Source of the DNA: Vulcanimicrobiota bacterium | GTDB taxonomy: Bacteria; Vulcanimicrobiota; Xenobia; Xenobiales; JADMJV01 | Direction of reading: 5' to 3' | NCBI GenBank assembly: GCA_050250895.1 | Contig: JBFWNU010000002.1 | Coordinates: forward strand, 727,659-791,658 | Length of the DNA: 64,000 bases | Shown: positions 56,872 through 64,000 of the stretch, one piece after another | How positions within the stretch are numbered: the first letter of the stretch is position 1 | Layout of the letters: every line of letters starts with the position of its first letter | The notes under the pieces: generated by a model | Databases searched by the model: none | Told to the model about the DNA's origin: nothing | The model's input: the letters and a program-made list of their open reading frames with translations, nothing else | Made by a program: the position numbers and the translations under genes

Positions 56872-58998
56872 CTAGGCGCCGATCTCCGCCCCAAGCACCC
56901 GGATGTTGTCCACATAGACTCCGTCGCCGGTCTGCGAGTTCGAGGTGTGAAAGCGCAGGCGCAGCTTGACATCGGGCTGGCCGTCGAAGGCCGACATGTC
57001 GAAGGAGTAGCCGGTCCACTCGGGCGAGGCGTCACCGCGCACGATCCCTATGTGGCCCCACTCTTCGCCGCCGTCGGTGCTGGCCTCGAGCCAGAGGAAG
57101 TCCCACTTCTCGGTGGCCATGCGGGCGTCGAAGGTGAGGGTGGTGCTGCGCATCTTGCTGAGATCCAGGCTGGGACCGACCATGGTGTAATCGTGGCTGT
57201 CTTCATAGTCGCCGTTGGGGGTGTCGGTCCAGACCATGCCTCGGCCCTCTTCGGCCACCCGGCCCCAGCTGTCGGTCTGCCAGGCGACCTGACCCTCGGC
57301 GTCGTCAAAGAGGGCGGTGGTGGCGGCCGGCAGGGTCTTTTCGAAGGTGACCGTGTCGGACTTGTTGCCCACTTTGTCGATGGCCCGCATAGTCACCTCG
57401 AGGCTGCGAGCCTCGGGGGTGGGGGTCAGGCGGAAGGTGAACTCGCCAGCGCTACCGGGGGCGCCGGGGAAGGCCGGCGTGAGACGTTGCTTTTGGCCGG
57501 CCACGGTGGCGAACATCTCGATGTGGTTGAGTTGGCCCTGGTCGCCATCGTCACCGGGGTTGACCCAGCTAACCTCGAAGCCGTCGGCGTCGAGGCTCTT
57601 CATCTCGGGATTGCCCAGGTTGCCCGGGGCGATCTTGTCATCGGCCAGGGCTCGATAGGCGTTGAGGCGACCGCCCGAGACCGACTTGCCGTGCAGGTCG
57701 GCGATGGGGTCGGCGCTGTAGATGAGCCGGTCTTTGAGCTGTTCGGCGGTGAGGTCGGGATAGACGGTGGCCACCAGAGCGGCCACGCCCGACACGTGGG
57801 GAGCGGCCATCGAGGTTCCGCTCTCTTCGTCATAGTTCTCGCGGGGCAGCGTCGAGTAGACCATGGCTCCGGGGGCGTGCACGTCCACCGAGTTGGCGCC
57901 CCAGTTGCTGAAGGTGAGGGGCTCGTCGCGGCGGGTCGAGGCGCCCACCGAGATCAGGTTGGGCAGGTCGTAGCTGGCCGGATAGAAGGGCCGCACGTCG
58001 TTGTCGTTTTGATAGTTGCCGGCGGCGCAGACGTGGAGCATCGGCGAGGCGCCCAGCACGTCTTTGAGGATGGGGTTGTCGACCAGGCCGCCCCAGCTGT
58101 TGTTGGCGATCTTGGCTCCCATCTGGGTGGCGTAGAGCACCGAGAAGATGGCTCCCACCATCGAGATGCGGCCCTGGCCGTCGGCCACTTTCAGGCCCAT
58201 CAGGCGGGTCTGCCAGTTGATGCCGGCCACGCCCTGGCCGTTGTCGCCCACGGCCCCGATGATGCCCGATACATGGGTGCCGTGGCCGAGCCAGTCGACG
58301 ATGTTGCCGTTGCCGTTCTGGGTGTCGACCCCGAAGACGTCGTCGATGAGACCGTTGCGGTCAGTGTCTTGACCGTCGTATTTCTCGTTGGGATTGCGCC
58401 ACAGGTTGGGACGCAGGTCGGGGTGGGCGATGTCGATGCCGCTGTCGATGACGGCCACGATGGGGCCGTTGACCCGATCCCCGGTGGTGATGTCCCAGGC
58501 TTGCTCGGCATGGATGTCGGCGCCGACCTTGCCAAACTGCCCGTTGTTCTTGAGGTTCCACTGTTCTTCGTGAAGATCGTTGGGCAGGTTTTGCAGTCGC
58601 ATCAGGTCGTTGCTAGCGGCGCTCTTGACCCGCTGGTCGACCTCTAGGGCGGCGAGCGCGCTCGACTCGGCCAGACCGGTCGGCAGTTCGAGCAAGGCTA
58701 GTTCGCCATCGAAGGCAGCCTTCATCTGGTCGGGAATGGTGAAGACCTGGGCCAGGTTGGCTCCGTAGTCGGCGGCCAACGCTTTCATGGCGGCCTGATC
58801 GGTGCCGGCCGGCAGCTTGACCAGGACCTGGTTGGGAACGTGCTCTCCCATCCCCGCTTCGATCTCTTGGGCTCGAGCGGCGGTCAGCTCGAGGCGGTCT
58901 TCTAGATCGAACTTCGGCTCCTGACTGGGCGTGAAGGTGTCAGGGCGAGTGGATGGGGTGAGCGGAAGGGTCGGACCGGTGGCGCGAATGATAGCCAT
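56872..58998 (-). CDS. S8 subtilisin-like serine protease with prodomain and C-terminal FN3/jelly-roll-like domains
   Basis: VAVIDSGID, HGTHVSG and SGTSMAAP triad. HVPNQVLVK prodomain. AAGGAG SD. Confidence 0.93.
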   Translation of the reverse strand: MAIIRATGPTLPLTPSTRPDTFTPSQEPKFDLEDRLELTAARAQEIEAGMGEHVPNQVLVKLPAGTDQAAMKALAADYGANLAQVFTIPDQMKAAFDGELALLELPTGLAESSALAALEVDQRVKSAASNDLMRLQNLPNDLHEEQWNLKNNGQFGKVGADIHAEQAWDITTGDRVNGPIVAVIDSGIDIAHPDLRPNLWRNPNEKYDGQDTDRNGLIDDVFGVDTQNGNGNIVDWLGHGTHVSGIIGAVGDNGQGVAGINWQTRLMGLKVADGQGRISMVGAIFSVLYATQMGAKIANNSWGGLVDNPILKDVLGASPMLHVCAAGNYQNDNDVRPFYPASYDLPNLISVGASTRRDEPLTFSNWGANSVDVHAPGAMVYSTLPRENYDEESGTSMAAPHVSGVAALVATVYPDLTAEQLKDRLIYSADPIADLHGKSVSGGRLNAYRALADDKIAPGNLGNPEMKSLDADGFEVSWVNPGDDGDQGQLNHIEMFATVAGQKQRLTPAFPGAPGSAGEFTFRLTPTPEARSLEVTMRAIDKVGNKSDTVTFEKTLPAATTALFDDAEGQVAWQTDSWGRVAEEGRGMVWTDTPNGDYEDSHDYTMVGPSLDLSKMRSTTLTFDARMATEKWDFLWLEASTDGGEEWGHIGIVRGDASPEWTGYSFDMSAFDGQPDVKLRLRFHTSNSQTGDGVYVDNIRVLGAEIGA

Positions 58999-59113
58999 AC
59001 CGGTTCTCCTTGAGATTGTGTCGCCAATCTACCAGGGGCGGGTGACGGGCTGGTTGCAAGAGTATGAACATTTGACCGGAAGGCCCCTCCGGTCTACGGC
59101 CGAAAGCAGGAGG

Positions 59114-60247
59114 ATGCGCTGGTTGTTGGCGGTCTTGCTCGTGAGCCTGGTGGGGTGCGTCACCAACGACCCGTGGCCCGAAGCCGAGGCGGCCAAGAAG
59201 CGGGCCGAGCAGCGACTCGACGCCTGCCGGCTCGAGCCAGCCTCGGCCGACGCCTATCCGCTGTTGGCTCCGGTCTTTTCGCCCACCAAGCAGGCGGCCT
59301 ATCTCGACCTGGGGCAGGGCTACTCGGTAGCCAAACAAGCCTTCGTGGTCGAGAACGCCGAAGTCCAGCGCTCGGCGGCGACCTTCGATAGGGTCTTGCC
59401 CGGACAGGCGTTGGCTCGTCATCACATCGACTGGCCCGGTGAGCCCGAGGGCGAGACTTTGTATGGCCTCGGCTCTAGCCTGGTGGCCCGGGGGGCGCTC
59501 CACCAGGAGAGGGGCCGTCTGTTGCCGGCTCTGGATTGTTACCTCAGGTGCGCCGAGCTGGGCCGCCTGATGGTCGTGAATGCCGACTGGGAGTTGTGGC
59601 TCCAGGCCTCGAGAACGTCGCGCCTGGGGTTGGCGGCCGCCGAGCGGCTGCTGGCCCAGCAGAAGCTTCCTCCCACCTCGTACCGGCGCATCCTCGAGCG
59701 CCTCGAGCCGCTGCTGGCGGCCGAGCACGATCTCGAGCGTCTGGCCGAACTCGAGCTGGTGCGCCAGCAGCAGCACGTCGAGTGGCTCAAGGCCGGCCAG
59801 CATCCCGAGTTGCCCGAACTCGACGCGGCTTTGCAGATGCGGGTCGAGCACGAGGTGCGCACCTTCGGCCAGGCGGTGATGGAATGGTATCCTCATCTGG
59901 GCCAGCTTACCCTGCCCGAGAACGCGCGCCGCCTCGATAATCAGGTGCGCTATGGGGGCCGCATTTGCGGGATCACGGGCTTCGAGATCCCGGTTTTCAG
60001 CCAGGCTATCGAAGCCCATCGAGAGCATCTCTATCTGCTGGGGGCGGTGCGTCTGCGGGCCGCTCTGGAGCTGGCTCGGGTCAAGACCGGACGCTATCCC
60101 GACGAGCCCAAGGAGCTGGTCGCAGCCGGTTATCTCGAGGCCGTGCCGGAAGGGTTCTCCTACACCAACCGCGGCGCCAGCTACAACCTCACCTGGCCGA
60201 ATCCCAGTGAGGCTCGACCCGTCCCCCCATCACCAGCAGCCCCATGA
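59114..60247 (+). CDS. Lipoprotein with GspG-like C-terminal motif
   Basis: AGGAGG SD, lipobox LVGC, and ALELARVKTGRYPDEPKELV..YLEAVP. Confidence 0.7.
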   Translation: MRWLLAVLLVSLVGCVTNDPWPEAEAAKKRAEQRLDACRLEPASADAYPLLAPVFSPTKQAAYLDLGQGYSVAKQAFVVENAEVQRSAATFDRVLPGQALARHHIDWPGEPEGETLYGLGSSLVARGALHQERGRLLPALDCYLRCAELGRLMVVNADWELWLQASRTSRLGLAAAERLLAQQKLPPTSYRRILERLEPLLAAEHDLERLAELELVRQQQHVEWLKAGQHPELPELDAALQMRVEHEVRTFGQAVMEWYPHLGQLTLPENARRLDNQVRYGGRICGITGFEIPVFSQAIEAHREHLYLLGAVRLRAALELARVKTGRYPDEPKELVAAGYLEAVPEGFSYTNRGASYNLTWPNPSEARPVPPSPAAP

Positions 60248-60854
60248 CCGCAAAGCCGGCGATGAAGCCGCCGATATGCGCGGCATAGGCCACGTTGGCG
60301 GTCAGGTCGCTATCCATCTGGTCGAGCAACTGAAAGACGAACCAACCGCCCAGGGCTACGAAGGCCCACAGCTGGAACTTGAACGGCTTGACGAAAAACA
60401 GCAAGCCGGCGAAAGTGATCTTGGTCTTGGGATAGATCAAGAGATAGGCTCCCAGCACCGCCGAGATGGCTCCCGAGGCTCCGATCATCGGGGCCAGCTT
60501 GTCGGCCGTGGCCAACCCGTGGATCAAGGCCGCCATCAGGCCTCCGGCCAGATAGAACAGGGCATAGCCGACATGGCCGAGGGCGTCCTCGACGTTATCG
60601 CCGTAGATCCATAAAAACAACATGTTGCCGATGAGATGGCCCGCTCCGGCATGCAAGAACATGGCCGCGAAGGCGTCCAGCAGCGAGGGAAGGGCCGGCA
60701 CCAGGCCGTACTCGGCCACCACGACGCCATAATCATCGCGAAAACCATAGGCTACAAAGATGGCCACGTTGAGGGCGATCAGAGCGTGATTGACCCAGGG
60801 GCGAAGCTCGGTGGGGTTGTCGTCGCCGATGGGAATCGGGCCGAGGATGGGCAT
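60189..60854 (-). CDS. Rhomboid intramembrane serine protease
   Basis: MFLHAG..HLIGNMLFLWIYGDNVED, IGASGAI and AHIGGF. Confidence 0.92.
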   Translation of the reverse strand: MPILGPIPIGDDNPTELRPWVNHALIALNVAIFVAYGFRDDYGVVVAEYGLVPALPSLLDAFAAMFLHAGAGHLIGNMLFLWIYGDNVEDALGHVGYALFYLAGGLMAALIHGLATADKLAPMIGASGAISAVLGAYLLIYPKTKITFAGLLFFVKPFKFQLWAFVALGGWFVFQLLDQMDSDLTANVAYAAHIGGFIAGFAVMGLLVMGGRVEPHWDSAR

Positions 60855-60972
60855 GGGGCCATGTTCGGTCTAGCTCTTGGGAATACCCTGGGGACATCCC
60901 AGCGGAGGGGTGCCGGACCATTTATGGTGGGCGTTCGAGTGTTTCGCCGGACGGTGTCGAAGAGAATCAGTC

Positions 60973-61815
60973 GTGACTTCCACCGAGAAGACTTTAGAAC
61001 AGGCCGCCGAGCGTTCTGCCCCCAAGGTGCTCGAGATTCACGAGGCTATCCGCATCGAAGGAGAGCACGAGCTTTCGCGACCACCTATGGCCCTGGCCCT
61101 GTCGGGTCTGGCGGCCGGTCTATCGATGGGATTCTCGCTGTTGACCGAGGCCCTCTTGACCCATCACCTGCCCGAGGCCGAGTGGACGCCGCTCCTGGCC
61201 AAGTTCGGCTATTGCGTGGGCTTTCTGATCGTCATTCTGGGGCGCCAGCAGCTTTTCACCGAGAACACGCTGACGCCCATCCTGGCGTTGTTTAGCGAGC
61301 CTGAGCCACCCATGTTCGTGCGTTTGTTCAGGCTGTGGGCAGTGGTGCTGGTGGCCAATCTCATCGGGGCTGCGCTTTTTGCGGCCTGCGTGGCCGGCAC
61401 CAACCTGCTCGAGCAGCCGGTCCACGAGGTCCTGCACACGATCGGCATGGCCGCCCTCGAGCCCGATTCGCTGACGATCTTCTTGCGCGCCATTTTCGCC
61501 GGCTGGCTCATCGCCCTGATGGTATGGCTTTTGCCGTTCGCCGAGACGGCCCGCATCTGGGTTATTATCCTGGTGACCTACGTGATCGGGCTGGGGCATT
61601 TCGCCCATATCATCGCGGGCTCGGTGGATGTCTTCTATCTGGTTTTCTCTTCGGCTGCCGGTCTGGGGCATGTGCTGAGTCACTACATGCTACCCACCTT
61701 GCTGGGCAACACCCTGGGCGGAGTGAGCCTGGTGGCCATTCTACACCACGCCCAGTTGCGAGCCGACCACGGCGAAGAAGGGCCTCCCCAAAACGAGACT
61801 CCGCAGTCCAGTTAA
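60973..61815 (+). CDS. Formate/nitrite transporter family protein (YfdC-like)
   Basis: EGEHEL.R, QLFTENT, AGWLIALMVW, HIIAGS and GNTLGG. GTG start inferred. Confidence 0.88.
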   Translation: MTSTEKTLEQAAERSAPKVLEIHEAIRIEGEHELSRPPMALALSGLAAGLSMGFSLLTEALLTHHLPEAEWTPLLAKFGYCVGFLIVILGRQQLFTENTLTPILALFSEPEPPMFVRLFRLWAVVLVANLIGAALFAACVAGTNLLEQPVHEVLHTIGMAALEPDSLTIFLRAIFAGWLIALMVWLLPFAETARIWVIILVTYVIGLGHFAHIIAGSVDVFYLVFSSAAGLGHVLSHYMLPTLLGNTLGGVSLVAILHHAQLRADHGEEGPPQNETPQSS

Positions 61816-61837
61816 CATCTGGTTCACCATCGAACAG

Positions 61838-63445
61838 GTGTCCCTCACTATGCTGGCCAGACCAATGCATATCACAACTTCTCGTTGCGAACAATTTCGC
61901 TCTATCGACGGCCGCGGCAACAACTTGCAGAACCCCGATTGGGGCAAGGCTGGCGAGGCTTTCCCTCGCCGTCTGCCGGTGGATTATGCCGACCTGACCG
62001 GGGCTCCCTCGGGAGCCGACCGACCCAATCCGCGGGTGATCAGTAACAACGTCATGGCCGACCCGTCGCGCAACCGCGAACCGGCCATGCGTTCGGGCAT
62101 GGTCTGGGCATGGGGCCAGTTCATCGACCACGATATCACTTCCACTCCTAACTCAGGAGCCATGGACTGGAACATCTCGGTCCCCGTCGGTGACCCGGCC
62201 TTTGATCCCAAGCGCGAAGGCAAGGCCATCATTCCCTTTTCGCGTTCGACGGCTGCTGACGGCACCGGCACCGGACCCGACAACCCCCGCCAGCAGATCA
62301 ACGCCATCACCTCGTGGCTCGACGGCTCGATGGTCTACGGCTCGGACGCGGTGCGGGCAGCCGCCCTGCGCAGCTTCGAAGAGGGCAAGTTGCGGGTGGC
62401 CGAGAGCGAGCACGGCCCGATGCTGCCGGCGAACACGCTCGGCCTGCCCAACGACAACCCCACGCGCCGGCCCACCGAGAGCCTGTTGCTGGCCGGTGAC
62501 ACGCGCGCTAACGAAAACCTGGCTTTGGTGAGTCTGCAGACGCTGTTCGTGCGTGAGCATAATCGGGTCGCCGATGAACTGGCTCGCCAGCATCCCGAAT
62601 GGGATGACCAGGAGCTCTATCTGCGGGCCCGCCGTCAGGTGGGCGCCGAGATAGCGGCCATCACCTACAACGAGTTTCTGCCCGCCCTGCTAGGCCCCGA
62701 TGCTCTGCCCGCCTACGCCGGCTACCAACCCGAGGTCGACGGTCGCATCGGCAACGAGTTCGCCACCGCGGCCTACCGTATGGGTCACTCTCAGATCGAC
62801 CCCATCGTCTGGCGCGAAGCCGCTGACGGCGGAGCCATTCCCGAGAAGGACCTGCCGCTGGTGGCCACCTACTTCGCGCCCGAGCGCCTCTCGGAGGGCG
62901 GCATCGAGCCGTTGCTGCGCGGACTGACCCGGTTCATCCAGGAGCCCACCGACGAGAAGATCACCTCTCAGGTGCGCAACATGCTCTTCGGTCGCCCCGG
63001 CCACGGCGGCATGGACCTGGCCGCCCTCAACATCCAGCGCGGACGCGACCACGGCTTGCCCAACTACAACGCTATCCGCCAGGCCTATGGCTTCGAACCG
63101 ATTACCAGCTTCGCCCAGCTAACCAGCGACCCGGTCAAGGTCGGCAAACTCACCTATACCTACGGTGAGGTCGAAAAGCTCGACGCCTGGGTCGGCTTGC
63201 TGGCCGAGGACCCGGCCCCAGAAGCGGCCGTGGGGCCGACTCTCAAGTCGATTCTGGTCGACCAGTTCACCCGTCTGCGCGACGGCGACCGCTTCTGGTA
63301 TCAGAACGACCCTGGCCTGGCCGACCAGCGCGAGCAACTCGACAGCCTGAGCCTGGCCGATGTCATTCGTCGCAATACCGACATCGGCGACGATATCGAC
63401 GACAGCCCCTTCTTCGGGGAGAAGTTCATCCGCAGCAAGCCCTAG
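61838..63445 (+). CDS. Animal-type heme peroxidase (peroxidase-cyclooxygenase superfamily)
   Basis: RSIDGRGNN, WGQFIDHD, GDTRANEN, YRMGHS, NIQRGRDHG and DGDRFWY. Exact start uncertain (61838-61865). Confidence 0.92.
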   Translation: MSLTMLARPMHITTSRCEQFRSIDGRGNNLQNPDWGKAGEAFPRRLPVDYADLTGAPSGADRPNPRVISNNVMADPSRNREPAMRSGMVWAWGQFIDHDITSTPNSGAMDWNISVPVGDPAFDPKREGKAIIPFSRSTAADGTGTGPDNPRQQINAITSWLDGSMVYGSDAVRAAALRSFEEGKLRVAESEHGPMLPANTLGLPNDNPTRRPTESLLLAGDTRANENLALVSLQTLFVREHNRVADELARQHPEWDDQELYLRARRQVGAEIAAITYNEFLPALLGPDALPAYAGYQPEVDGRIGNEFATAAYRMGHSQIDPIVWREAADGGAIPEKDLPLVATYFAPERLSEGGIEPLLRGLTRFIQEPTDEKITSQVRNMLFGRPGHGGMDLAALNIQRGRDHGLPNYNAIRQAYGFEPITSFAQLTSDPVKVGKLTYTYGEVEKLDAWVGLLAEDPAPEAAVGPTLKSILVDQFTRLRDGDRFWYQNDPGLADQREQLDSLSLADVIRRNTDIGDDIDDSPFFGEKFIRSKP

Positions 63446-64000
63446 CGGAACACCTTGTCCAGCGGTAGGATGTCGATCTCGTCGGCTTTGATGGGAAAAG
63501 TCGCGATCACTTTGTCTTCTTGCATGATGTCGTCGAGTTTGGGCGAGTTGTAAGTGATGGGCGAGGGGGTCTCCTGGCGAACAGCCTGGGCGAACTCCTC
63601 GGCTTTGTCGGTAATGACCACGATTTCAAGGTCTTTGGCCTGGAGGTTCTCGCGGATCACCCGGTTGACATCCTCCACCGTCAGCTTTTCGAGGTCGCTC
63701 TTGACCCGGTCCACGAAAGGCGCGGTGCCGTAGTATTTGTCGTCGAGGGCATAGCCCAGGCGCCGGTCATCGGTTTGCACCAGCAGGGCCACGTTCTTGC
63801 TCAAGAATTCTCGGGTGGCCTCGAACTCCGGTTTGGTCAGCCCTTCGTTGACCAGCTTTTCGAGTTCGTACAGGGTGGCCCGGAGGGTGAACAGACCGTT
63901 CTGGGGCTCGACCGGCCGGATCCAGATCTGGAAGATCTGCTGCTGGCGCGGATAGTTGGGGTCAGGCTGGCTCAAGAACATGCCGCGGGGGAAATACTCG
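63442..64000 (-). CDS. M16 (pitrilysin-like) peptidase C-terminal part, truncated by window end
   Basis: RQQQIFQIWIRP, GLTKPEFEATREFL and LTVEDVNRVIR. The frame stays open to the window edge. Confidence 0.75.
   Translation of the reverse strand, partial: EYFPRGMFLSQPDPNYPRQQQIFQIWIRPVEPQNGLFTLRATLYELEKLVNEGLTKPEFEATREFLSKNVALLVQTDDRRLGYALDDKYYGTAPFVDRVKSDLEKLTVEDVNRVIRENLQAKDLEIVVITDKAEEFAQAVRQETPSPITYNSPKLDDIMQEDKVIATFPIKADEIDILPLDKVFR

Noticed and set aside
55558-57441. Diversity-generating retroelement TR/VR pair
   Set aside because: Mismatches involve all four bases and are mostly synonymous rather than adenine-specific. There is a 108-nt deletion and no reverse transcriptase in the window.

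Overview
High-GC bacterial chromosomal window. The gene style and regulatory motifs suggest a Terrabacteria lineage, possibly Candidatus Eremiobacterota/Vulcanimicrobiota; this is an inference. Core content is a complete 14-gene nuoA-N complex I operon (1.1-15.3 kb) behind a Rex/CRP-type palindrome, a prfA-prmC-accB-like-accC-nusB-PBP1A-mobA operon (46-53 kb), a Xer-type recombinase with a LexA-like box, and assorted enzymes and transporters. No rRNA, tRNA, CRISPR array or intact IS element was seen. The most interesting accessory features are: (1) a 1294-aa protein with annexin-like repeats, a hydrophobic translocation-like segment and a C-terminal HExxH/EDFAE metalloprotease, translationally coupled to a helical partner gene; (2) a PqqD/RRE domain fused to an internal twin-arginine signal and a 22-Cys core, next to a secreted zincin; (3) an AccB homolog whose biotin-acceptor lysine is replaced by Asn; (4) a degenerate HNH nuclease preceded by a direct-repeat-bounded array of six hairpins; (5) a HEPN-MNT pair between a subtilase gene and a diverged duplicate of its 3' end, followed by a heptamer array. 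All domain calls are by-eye motif recognition, and no searches were run.
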